From Candidatus Methylomirabilia bacterium (GTDB taxonomy: Bacteria > Methylomirabilota > Methylomirabilia > Rokubacteriales > CSP1-6), in assembly GCA_046758965.1 (NCBI GenBank), contig JBHIBG010000002.1, positions 32,001 through 96,000 of the forward strand: a stretch of 64,000 nucleotides of DNA. The letters run 5' to 3'. This document shows, in pieces, positions 27,559 through 36,292 of this stretch; the stretch's first letter is position 1, and each line of letters opens with the position of its first letter. The notes below the pieces were generated by a model, which did no database searches, was not told the origin of the DNA, and saw only the letters and a list, made by a program, of their open reading frames with translations. Both the position numbers and the translations under genes were made by a program.

Positions 27559-29229
27559 ATGCGTACTTCATTGACCTGGCGCGGCGGAGCACTGGCCTCC
27601 GTCCTGGCGCTTGCACTCCTGATGTTCCTGTTTCAGGGGACCGGAGCCGCCGAGACCCCGGTCCGGGGCGGTACGCTGACCTACGTCGTCCCAGCCTCCT
27701 GGCTCCCGAGCTACGACGGGCACTGGGAGACGACCTTTGCGATGATCCACCCGATTCGTCCCTTCTACAGTCTCCTGATCAAGGTGAACCCCCAGAACCC
27801 GGGCGATCCCACCGACTTCGTTGGTGATGTGGCGAAGAGCTGGAGCGTGAGCAACGATGGCCGGGTCTACACCTTCAAGATCCGGAAAGGGATCAAGTTC
27901 CACGACGGGAGCCCCCTGACCTCGCGCGATGTCAAAGCCACCTACGAGAAGATCATCTGGCCACCCGAGGGGGTCCGGAGTGCCCGGAACTTCATGTACA
28001 ACGAGGTTGTGGAGGCGGTCGACGCTCCCGATGACTTTACGGTGGTCTTCCGGCTCAACTTCCCTTCGGCGGCCTTCCTGCCCGCAATGGCCACCCCCTT
28101 CAACTTCATCTACAAGGCCGACATCATCAAAAAGGACCCCCGCTGGTACAAGACCCACATTATGGGGACCGGCGCGTTCAAGCCCGCATCGGGGACCCCC
28201 GAGAAGGGCTTCGCCGACGGCAACTGGAGCGTCAAGGGATCCCATATCGAAGGGGTCAGGAACCCGGACTACTTCACGCCTGGCAGGCCCTACCTCGATG
28301 GCTATCGGGCGATCTTTGCCAAAAAGCAATCCCCTCAAGTCGCCGCGATTCGCGGTGAGCGCGCCATGATCAACTTCCGGGCGCTCCCGCCGAAGACCAT
28401 CGGAGACCTAAAGGCGGCGATGGGCGACAAGATTCGGGTGCAGGAGAGCGCGTGGAACTGCGCGCTCTTCGTCAACCCGAATCACAAGGTCAAGCCCTTT
28501 GATGACCCGCGCGTGAGACGGGCGCTGTCACTGGCACTGGACCGGTACGAGGCATCGAGGTACCTGTCCAAGTTCGCCATCATCAAGCCAGTCGGTGGAG
28601 TGGTGTTCCCCGCGCACCCGCTGGCCGCCACAAAGCAGGAGCTCCAGCAGATCGCCGGATACTGGCCGGACATTAAGAAATCCCGCAAAGAAGCCCGCCG
28701 CCTGCTTCACGAGGCGGGTGTGCCGGACGGGTTCAAGTTTACGTTCCACAACCGTGCGATCGAGCAACCGTACAAGCACATGGGCATCTGGCTCATCGAC
28801 CAGTGGCGGAAGATCGGGCTCAATGTTGAGCACTGGGTGCAACCGACTGGACCCTTCTACAAGACGCTCAGGGGCCGGACCCAGGCGTTCCAGGTCAGCA
28901 TGGATTTCAACTGCCAGTCGGTCGTGAACCCCATTCTCGACGTCGCCAAATTCCTCTCCGAGGACAAGTCCGGCAGTAACCACGCCGAGTATGTCGACCG
29001 GACTCTGGACCACCTCCACGCCAAGATGGTCCGCGAGGGCGATCCGAAGAAGGTACAAGCGATGATGCGAAAGTTCGAGAAGCGGGTGCTCGACGAGCAG
29101 GCCCACTATCTCGTGACGCTCTGGTGGAATCGCACGGTTCCCCATAACGCTCGGCTGAGGGGGTGGAAAGTTGGTCCAAGCCACTATCTGAACCAGCACC
29201 TGGTCGATGTGTGGCTCGCTCCCAAATAG
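27559..29229 (+). CDS. ABC transporter substrate-binding protein, family 5
   Basis: Signal peptide, VKGIKFHDG-like KFHDGSPLT, GTGAF, PFDDPRVRRA. Confidence 0.92.
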   Translation: MRTSLTWRGGALASVLALALLMFLFQGTGAAETPVRGGTLTYVVPASWLPSYDGHWETTFAMIHPIRPFYSLLIKVNPQNPGDPTDFVGDVAKSWSVSNDGRVYTFKIRKGIKFHDGSPLTSRDVKATYEKIIWPPEGVRSARNFMYNEVVEAVDAPDDFTVVFRLNFPSAAFLPAMATPFNFIYKADIIKKDPRWYKTHIMGTGAFKPASGTPEKGFADGNWSVKGSHIEGVRNPDYFTPGRPYLDGYRAIFAKKQSPQVAAIRGERAMINFRALPPKTIGDLKAAMGDKIRVQESAWNCALFVNPNHKVKPFDDPRVRRALSLALDRYEASRYLSKFAIIKPVGGVVFPAHPLAATKQELQQIAGYWPDIKKSRKEARRLLHEAGVPDGFKFTFHNRAIEQPYKHMGIWLIDQWRKIGLNVEHWVQPTGPFYKTLRGRTQAFQVSMDFNCQSVVNPILDVAKFLSEDKSGSNHAEYVDRTLDHLHAKMVREGDPKKVQAMMRKFEKRVLDEQAHYLVTLWWNRTVPHNARLRGWKVGPSHYLNQHLVDVWLAPK

Positions 29230-29258
29230 CAGGGCACTACCGTCTCCCCCGTTGACCT

Positions 29259-29303
29259 CTGTCCGGGGGCCCGGTCCGAACGCCGTGTCGGGCCTCCGGG
29301 CAG
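29259..29303 (+). other. Stem-loop after SBP gene (possible mRNA stabiliser or partial terminator)
   Basis: CTGTCCGGGGGCCCG pairs with CGGGCCTCCGGGCAG (G-U allowed). Confidence 0.5.
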
Positions 29304-29313
29304 CTGATCTGCC

Positions 29314-30267
29314 ATGCTTCGGTACTTCCTGAAGCGCGTCCTCCTCATGTTCCCCACGCTGTTTGGCGTGGCCGTGTTCATCTTCGTGCTCATGCGGCTC
29401 CTTCCCGGCGACATTGTGGAAATTCGAATGGCGGGGGAGGGGGCGTTCGTCACTCAGGAGACCATCGATCTCGAGCGAGCGCGGCTCGGGCTGGATCAGC
29501 CGATCTGGAAACAGTTCGTGGACTGGATGTGGGGGATCGTCCACTTCGACCTTGGCCTATCGATGTGGACCGAAAAACCTGTGGCTGCCGAGATCGCATT
29601 GCGCTTCCAGGTCTCGCTCCAGGTGGCCATCATGGCGACGATCGTCGCCATCATCCTTGCTATCCCACTGGGGACGATTGCTGCTCTTCGCCAGGACACC
29701 TGGGTCGACTACGCGGTGCGCATTTTCTCAATCGCCGGCTTGGCAACCCCGTCCTTCTGGCTTGGGATCATGATCATCTTGGGGCTGTTGATCTTCTTCA
29801 AATGGCTCCCGCCCCTGGTCTACACCCCGATCTGGGTGGACCCGTGGGCAAACCTCTCGCAGCTCATCTGGCCCGCGGTGGCAACGGGCTACCGCTACTC
29901 GGCGGTCGCCACGCGCATGACCCGCTCCGCCGTCCTCGAAGTGCTCCGAGAAGACTACATCCGCACCGCGCGCGCCAAGGGGCTCTGGGAGAAATTGATC
30001 CTGACCCGTCATGCCCTCAAGAACGCCATGCTTCCGGTCATTACGGTCATCGGCATCGAGTTCGCCTTCCTGATCGGCGGGCTGGTGGTGACCGAGCAGG
30101 TCTTCAACCTGAACGGCCTGGGCAAACTGTTCGTGTCCGCAGTGGAACAGTTCGACTACACCCTCGTCCAGGGCCTTGTGCTCCTCGTGGCCTTCATCGT
30201 GATCTTCATGAACCTGGTGATCGATATGCTCTACGCCTTCTTCGATCCTCGGATTCGATACGAGTAA
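29314..30267 (+). CDS. Peptide ABC transporter permease (DppB-like)
   Basis: PGD, PSFWLG, EDYIRTARAKG, DPRIRY. Confidence 0.93.
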   Translation: MLRYFLKRVLLMFPTLFGVAVFIFVLMRLLPGDIVEIRMAGEGAFVTQETIDLERARLGLDQPIWKQFVDWMWGIVHFDLGLSMWTEKPVAAEIALRFQVSLQVAIMATIVAIILAIPLGTIAALRQDTWVDYAVRIFSIAGLATPSFWLGIMIILGLLIFFKWLPPLVYTPIWVDPWANLSQLIWPAVATGYRYSAVATRMTRSAVLEVLREDYIRTARAKGLWEKLILTRHALKNAMLPVITVIGIEFAFLIGGLVVTEQVFNLNGLGKLFVSAVEQFDYTLVQGLVLLVAFIVIFMNLVIDMLYAFFDPRIRYE

Positions 30268-30277
30268 GAGGGCGCCA

Positions 30278-31180
30278 TTGGCTGTCGGCCGGCTTCCGGT
30301 TGATGCTGCCGCCACGCTCGAGCGCTCAAAGCTCCGCGACTGGGCGCACGCGGCGCTGCGGTTCGCCCGCCAAAAACCGCTAGGCGCGGCCGGGGCAGCG
30401 ATCGTGATTCTCATGGCCCTGGCCGCGATCCTTGCGGACGTCGTCGCCCCGTACGACCCTCTGGAGACAAACCTCGTCGCGATGTTCACTCCCCCGAACG
30501 CCGGCAACTGGATGGGAACCGATTCCTTCGGACGTGACGTGTTCTCGCGCATCATCTACGGCTCTCGGACCGCGCTGCTCGTCGGCTTCAGCGCGGCCTT
30601 GCTGGGTGCGACCGGCGGGCTGCTCATCGGCGTGGCCAGCGCGTACTTCGGTGGGTACACCGACCTGCTCGTGCAGCGGATCATGGACGTGTTCCTCGCC
30701 TTTCCGCTGGTCATCCTGGCGATGGCCGTGGTGTCGATCCTGGGCACGGGAACCTTCAAGGTCATCCTCGCCATCATCGTGCCGATGGTCCCGCGTGCAG
30801 CGCGCGTGTGCCGCTCCAACGCGCTTGCCATCCGCGAGATCCCTTATGTAGATGCAGCCCGGGCCTGCGGGTTCGGCCATCGCCGGATCATCCTCCGCCA
30901 CATGCTGCCGAATGTGATGGCACCGTATCTCATCATGCTGACAGCCTTTTTGGGCCAGGCCATCCTGCTGGAGGCCGTGCTCTCCTTCCTCGGCCTGGGC
31001 GTGCAGGAACCCACGGCAGCCTGGGGGCTCATGCTCCAGGGCGGCGCCGAAGAGTACGCCGAGAGCGCCCCCTGGTTGGCCATCTTCCCCGGCATGGCCA
31101 TAACCCTTGCCGTCTTCGCCTTCAACCTCTTTGGTGACTCGCTCCGAGACGTCCTCGACCCCAGGCTTCGGACTCAGTAG
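30278..31180 (+). CDS. Peptide ABC transporter permease (DppC-like)
   Basis: GTDSFGRD, YVDAARA, HMLPN, LSFLGLG, GDSLRD. Confidence 0.93.
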   Translation: MAVGRLPVDAAATLERSKLRDWAHAALRFARQKPLGAAGAAIVILMALAAILADVVAPYDPLETNLVAMFTPPNAGNWMGTDSFGRDVFSRIIYGSRTALLVGFSAALLGATGGLLIGVASAYFGGYTDLLVQRIMDVFLAFPLVILAMAVVSILGTGTFKVILAIIVPMVPRAARVCRSNALAIREIPYVDAARACGFGHRRIILRHMLPNVMAPYLIMLTAFLGQAILLEAVLSFLGLGVQEPTAAWGLMLQGGAEEYAESAPWLAIFPGMAITLAVFAFNLFGDSLRDVLDPRLRTQ

Positions 31181-31294
31181 TCCGCGTCCTCTGTTTGACA
31201 ACCGTCCCCGCTTTGCGCTACAAATAAAGAGGTCTGAGTGCGAGTCAAACCCGGACCAGCTTTCGCTGGCCCGATAAGCTGAGGGGGGGGAGCG

Positions 31295-31561
<267 letters not shown>

Positions 31562-31642
31562 CCGCCCGCGTATACGCGTGGGGCGCCGCGCCTCGGCGCT
31601 TCCTCCTTCTGCACCTGACGGAGCCAACTGGCTCCTTTCTTC

Positions 31643-31681
31643 TGCACACCGGCTCGTGCGACCTGCACGGCCGGCTGTGCA
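31643..31681. promoter_or_regulatory. Tandem palindromic enhancer-like sites (putative bEBP UAS)
   Basis: TGCAC-N8-GTGCG (31643-31660) and TGCAC-N8-GTGCA (31664-31681), 21 bp apart, upstream of a -24/-12 promoter. Confidence 0.65.
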
Positions 31682-31732
31682 GTCCTGGTCCCTCCCGCCT
31701 TCCATCCCCACGATTTTCCGCCTCTCGCCCGC

Positions 31733-31747
31733 TGGCACGCCCATTGC
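31733..31747 (+). promoter_or_regulatory. Sigma-54 (-24/-12) promoter
   Basis: TGGCACG-CCCA-TTGC matches TGGCACG-N4-TTGC, 25 nt before ATG 31773. Confidence 0.85.
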
Positions 31748-31772
31748 CGCTACCAGAGACCGGAGGGGCGCC

Positions 31773-32042
31773 ATGGAAGGGATCGAGGGATCTTGCGGGT
31801 TTCACGATGCCGTCGTCGCGTTCAAGCGGCGCCTGATCGAGATCACCCTGCGACAGCTCGGGGGGAACCGAAGCCGGGCCGCCCGCGCCCTCGGCCTCCA
31901 ACGGACCTACCTGCTGCGCCTGATCCGCGATCTTCAGGTCGCCGCCCCACCCCCACCGGAACGCCCCGCGGGGCGGCGCCCATTGCCGCAGTCGCTCCGT
32001 CAGCATCACCACCCGGGTGCCATCGGCACGTCGGGAGGGTGA
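31773..32042 (+). CDS. Stand-alone Fis-type helix-turn-helix protein
   Basis: GGAGG RBS; FKRRLIE.TL...GGNRSRAARALGLQRTYL; no receiver or AAA domain. Confidence 0.8.
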   Translation: MEGIEGSCGFHDAVVAFKRRLIEITLRQLGGNRSRAARALGLQRTYLLRLIRDLQVAAPPPPERPAGRRPLPQSLRQHHHPGAIGTSGG

Positions 32043-32073
32043 GACGTCGACCTCGAGAGGCAAGGAGGCCACG

Positions 32074-32895
32074 GTGACCGGCAAGAAATCTCGGCTGAGC
32101 CGGTTGATCCATCCCACATCCCGCAAGACCGTGCTGGTCCCGCTCGACCACGGCATGAGCGAGGGTCCCATCCCCGGAGTCGAGACACCCTGCAAGGCTC
32201 TCAGGGCCATCATCGAGGGAGGGGCCCAGGGAGTCGTGATCCATCGCGGCGTCGCGCTCTGCGGTGCCGAGCATCTCGAGGCTCCCCTGTCCTGGCTCCT
32301 CCATCTCTCAGGCTCCACCACGCTGAGTTGGAACCCTGACCACAAGGTACTGGTCGCCTCCGTCGAGGAAGCTCTACGCCTCGGGGCCGATGGGGTGTCC
32401 GTCCATGTGAATCTCGGAGTCTTCCGGGAGGCAAGGATGCTGCAAGATCTGGGGAAGGTCGCGGCACGCTGCCGCGAATGGGGCATGCCGCTTCTGGCGA
32501 TGATGTACGTCCGGTGGGCGCGGCCCCAGCACGGCTCGGGGATCTCCCCCATCAAGCACGCCGCGCGCGTGGCCGCCGAGTTGGGGGCCGACCTCGTGAA
32601 GGTGCCCTATCCCGGGAGTCCAGAAGGGCTGCGCGAAGTCATCCGAGGCTGCTTCATCCCCGTGCTCATCGCCGGGGGCGAACGGGCCCAGTCAGACCGG
32701 CACGTCCTCGAGATGGTCGAAGCCGCGATGGCCTCCGGCGCGGCGGGGATCTGTATCGGCCGGAACATTTTCCAGCACCCGGTCCCGGCGCTCTTCCTGC
32801 AGGCGCTCAGCAAGATCATTCATGACGGGGTGTCGGCCGACGTGGCGATCGAGCTGGCGAGCGAATCCCCGGCTCTCGCCCACGGCCGGACATGA
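32074..32895 (+). CDS. Class I aldolase, GriI / ADH-synthase type (first step of 3-amino-4-hydroxybenzoate synthesis)
   Basis: AAGGAGG RBS; PLDHG, GADGVSVHVN, GADLVK (Schiff-base Lys), AGG, GRNIFQ. Confidence 0.88.
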   Translation: MTGKKSRLSRLIHPTSRKTVLVPLDHGMSEGPIPGVETPCKALRAIIEGGAQGVVIHRGVALCGAEHLEAPLSWLLHLSGSTTLSWNPDHKVLVASVEEALRLGADGVSVHVNLGVFREARMLQDLGKVAARCREWGMPLLAMMYVRWARPQHGSGISPIKHAARVAAELGADLVKVPYPGSPEGLREVIRGCFIPVLIAGGERAQSDRHVLEMVEAAMASGAAGICIGRNIFQHPVPALFLQALSKIIHDGVSADVAIELASESPALAHGRT

Positions 32896-32904
32896 GGGGG
32901 ACCC

Positions 32905-34245
32905 ATGTCCTATTTGAGCCGGAAACTCGACGCGCCCCTGCCGGAGATTACCGGGAGATACTTCCGTGAAGGGGATAATCTGGTGGACCGGTGGCCGCCT
33001 CACCGGATGGCGGCCTACCAGCGGGAGGCCCTCTTCACGATACTGATCCACGCTTGGGAGCATAACCGGTTTTACCGGAGGAAGTTTCGCCAGGCGGGGA
33101 TCCATCCCGCGGCGCTAGCCGTGCCGGAAGAGCTCTCACGGCTGCCCCTGACTAGCAAAGAGGAAATCCGGGGGCAGCCGTGGATACTTCTCGCCGTTCC
33201 CCGCCACCAAGTATCGCAGATCCATGTGTCCACCGGGACCACTGGAGGAGAGGAAATCTACGTGCCTCACACCTGGGAGGATCTCTACGTCCGAAACCTG
33301 GGCCCAGCCATGCGGCGGCTCGTTCCGGTCGGCATCGATGACGTCGTCATCAATGCGCTCCCCTATGAGATGAGCTCGGCCGGTTTGGCATTCCACCGCA
33401 CCTTCCAGAAGGGCTGTGGCGCCCTGGTGGTGCCGGCCGGCAAGGGAGGCTACTACTCCACTCCCGAGCGGACCCTTCTAGCCGCGCGGGATCTGGGCGC
33501 TACGATCCTGATCACCACCCCTTCCTACGCGATCCTCCTCGCAGAGGTTGCGCAGGACGAGAAGATCGTCCTGGCGGAGATCCCTCTGAGATTTCTCTGG
33601 CTGACCGGCGAAGGATGCTCGCCCGCCTTTCGTCAACGGGTCGAGGCCCTCTGGGGGCACCCCGCCCACCTTTACTATGGCTCGCTGGAAGCGGGCCCCA
33701 TCGGCATCGAGTGCCCCGCAAGGAACGGCTACCACCTGGCCAGCGGACACGTGTACGTGGAAGTGATTGATCCTGAGACGCTGCGCGGGCTCCCCCCGGG
33801 GGAAACGGGAGAGCTCGTGGTCACGGAGCTCACACGCCTGGCCTCGCCGCTCATCCGCTACCGGACCGGCGACTTCGGCTTTCTGGACAGCGTGCCCTGT
33901 CCGTGTGGAATCTCCCTCTGGAAGCTCCACCTCCGCGGGAGAAGCGAGGATCAGATCCAAATTGCCGACGGCCAGTTCTCGCCCTACTATCTCGAGGAGT
34001 TCCTCATGCAAATCCCCGAGGTGGGTAACTGGTACCAGTTCGTTACGAAGCCCGACCGGCTCTGCGTCAGGACTGAGCTGGCCCCGGGCGTCGCCCCGAC
34101 GGAAACCGTCCGGCGAACGATCGAAAGTCGGCTTGAATACGCTATCGGCGTCTCCGTGGAGGCAGAGCTCGTGGCTCGACTCCCCCGGACCGGAGGCAAG
34201 ACAACCCGCGTGATCCGGCAGGAGCCGAGCTCGCTCCCGGCCTGA
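32905..34245 (+). CDS. PaaK-family adenylate-forming ligase 1 (NatL/ClxA-like aryl-acid ligase)
   Basis: STGTTGG P-loop, YYGSLE, ECP...YH...CPCG Zn motif, RYRTGD, TGGK. Confidence 0.88.
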   Translation: MSYLSRKLDAPLPEITGRYFREGDNLVDRWPPHRMAAYQREALFTILIHAWEHNRFYRRKFRQAGIHPAALAVPEELSRLPLTSKEEIRGQPWILLAVPRHQVSQIHVSTGTTGGEEIYVPHTWEDLYVRNLGPAMRRLVPVGIDDVVINALPYEMSSAGLAFHRTFQKGCGALVVPAGKGGYYSTPERTLLAARDLGATILITTPSYAILLAEVAQDEKIVLAEIPLRFLWLTGEGCSPAFRQRVEALWGHPAHLYYGSLEAGPIGIECPARNGYHLASGHVYVEVIDPETLRGLPPGETGELVVTELTRLASPLIRYRTGDFGFLDSVPCPCGISLWKLHLRGRSEDQIQIADGQFSPYYLEEFLMQIPEVGNWYQFVTKPDRLCVRTELAPGVAPTETVRRTIESRLEYAIGVSVEAELVARLPRTGGKTTRVIRQEPSSLPA

Positions 34246-34259
34246 GTAGGAGGGTCGCC

Positions 34260-35522
34260 GTGTCGTTCCTGCGAGACAAAGCGCTCACTACTACGTCACC
34301 ACTTCACCGGATCGTGTCTCACGTCTACTACCGGAACAGGTTCTACAGAGAAAAACTCTCCCGCGCCGGCATCGGCCCCGACCAGATCCATTGCGCCGAG
34401 GAGCTGCCGTTGCTGCCGGTGACGGAGCGGGAGGAGCTCATTGGAAATCCCGGGATCCTCCTCTCGGTCCCCAAGGAGGAGGTGGTTCAAGCTCACCTCT
34501 CTACCGGCACGACCCGCCGATCCCCACTTTACATTCTGTTCAGCTGGGATGACCTCTACGTCCGCGGGCTTCTGCCCTTGGTAGGAGCCCCCGGCGCCAG
34601 GCTCTTCGAGATCCAGGAAGGGGAAATCGTGTTCAACGCGCTCCCCTATGAGGTCAGCGTCACGGGCCTGGCCCTCCACCGGGCGCTCCAGGATGGGATC
34701 GGAGCCTGCGTGGTGCCGGTTGGGAAAGGCGGATTCTATGCCGATCCCGCTAAGACCTTGAAGCTCATGCGAGCGCTTCGAGGGGATCATCTCGTCACCA
34801 CGCCCTCCTACGCCCTGCAGCTTGCGGAGCTGGCGACCCGCTGCGGGATCACGGCCCCCGAGGAGCTTGGGCTCACCGCTCTCTGGCTCATCGGCGAGCC
34901 GTGCTCGGACGCCCTGCGCCGCCACATCGATCGCCTTTGGGGGTGCCCGGCGTTTCTCTACTACGGGTCCCTGGAGAGTGGGCCCATCGGCCTCGAGTGT
35001 CCCCTGCGAGACGGTTACCACGTGGCGTCTAACTTTGTCGATGTTGAGATCCTGCCCGTACCCGACCTCGGCCGGAGCGACACAGACGGCCTCTTGGGTG
35101 AGATCGTCGTCACAGTCCTCTGGCGCCAGGCTTCCCCTCTCCTGCGGTTTCGGACTGGGGATTTCGGTTTCTGGAAGCCATCCCCTTGCCGCTGCGGGAT
35201 CCCGGGAGCGAAGCTGCGGGTTCTCGGGCGGAGGCACGATCTGATCTCCACCGCAGACTTCCCGCGCTTCGCCCTGGAACTAGAAGAGGCGCTCCTGAAC
35301 CTGCCGGGCGTTAGCCCCTGGTATCGATTGAAACCCGAAGTGGACTCGCTTCGGGTCATTCTCCCCGAGCCGTGTGAGGGTGATCAGGCTTCCCTCGCGC
35401 GGTCAGTCCGAGGCGAGATCGAGCGCCGCTTCCGGGTGGCCTGTCGAGTCGAGTTCATAAAGGAGCACGGCTACACAGGGGGGAAGCTCATCAGGGTAGT
35501 CCGCGACGGAGAGAAGCCGTGA
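34260..35522 (+). CDS. PaaK-family adenylate-forming ligase 2 (paralog)
   Basis: STGTTRR, NALPYE, GKGGFY, YYGSLE, RFRTGD, CRCG, TGGK. Confidence 0.85.
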   Translation: MSFLRDKALTTTSPLHRIVSHVYYRNRFYREKLSRAGIGPDQIHCAEELPLLPVTEREELIGNPGILLSVPKEEVVQAHLSTGTTRRSPLYILFSWDDLYVRGLLPLVGAPGARLFEIQEGEIVFNALPYEVSVTGLALHRALQDGIGACVVPVGKGGFYADPAKTLKLMRALRGDHLVTTPSYALQLAELATRCGITAPEELGLTALWLIGEPCSDALRRHIDRLWGCPAFLYYGSLESGPIGLECPLRDGYHVASNFVDVEILPVPDLGRSDTDGLLGEIVVTVLWRQASPLLRFRTGDFGFWKPSPCRCGIPGAKLRVLGRRHDLISTADFPRFALELEEALLNLPGVSPWYRLKPEVDSLRVILPEPCEGDQASLARSVRGEIERRFRVACRVEFIKEHGYTGGKLIRVVRDGEKP

Positions 35523-36292
35523 TCATTGACGGCCACGCGCACGTGACCGAAGCCGATTACGGCTCTCCGGATCGGCTCTCAGCTCAGATGGCCGAAGCCG
35601 GCATCACCCAAGCTGTCCTCGTCCCCGGTGGGATGATCGATGTCAGGAGGATGACCCGCTACCTCACCGGGCAAGAGCCCGTTCCCGAGGGCGCCATCCC
35701 GAATGGCGTGGTCGAACGTCTCGTTGCCCAGAACCCGGGCCGCTTCTTCGGGTTCTATTGCGTGAACCCTCACGACGGTGATCGGGCGGTAGAAGCGTTC
35801 CGGGACGCGATCGGGAGGGGATTCCGCGGCCTGAAGCTCGCGCCCCTCGTGCACCGCTTTGCCCTCACCTCCGAGACCGTTCGTGACCTGGCTGAGGCCT
35901 GCGGTGCGCTCGGCGTCCCGTTCTATACCCACGTGACTTACAGCCCAGGGGCAGCTACCGATAAGATTGGGTTTCTCGCAAGAGAGTTTCCGGCGACGAC
36001 GTTCATCCTCGGCCACATGGGGTTCGGCCCCGCGGACATCGACGCCGTGGAGCTAGCGCTTCGCTACGACAACCTGTATCTGGAGACCTCGGGGGGGTCC
36101 TTTCTCGTCCTCAAGCTGGCCTTCGAGCGATTGGGTGCAGGAAAGCTGGTTTTCGGGTCAGAGTTTCCTCTTTACCACCCGCGCGCGGAGCTCGAGAAGA
36201 TACGCCTTCTGGCCGACGGTGAAGCGTTCGAGCGCATCATCGGAACAAATCTGCTGACCCTCCTCGGAGAGAGTGTCCGATGGACACGTTGA
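35519..36292 (+). CDS. Amidohydrolase_2 family protein (putative NatAM/ClxD-like heterocyclase)
   Basis: DGHAH, GLKLAP, GHMG, ETS, FGSEFP; GTGA coupling to ligase 2. Confidence 0.85.
   Translation: MIIDGHAHVTEADYGSPDRLSAQMAEAGITQAVLVPGGMIDVRRMTRYLTGQEPVPEGAIPNGVVERLVAQNPGRFFGFYCVNPHDGDRAVEAFRDAIGRGFRGLKLAPLVHRFALTSETVRDLAEACGALGVPFYTHVTYSPGAATDKIGFLAREFPATTFILGHMGFGPADIDAVELALRYDNLYLETSGGSFLVLKLAFERLGAGKLVFGSEFPLYHPRAELEKIRLLADGEAFERIIGTNLLTLLGESVRWTR

Noticed and set aside
32905..35522. Phenylacetate catabolism (paaK)
   Set aside because: No paa epoxidase or other paa genes; the context is biosynthetic
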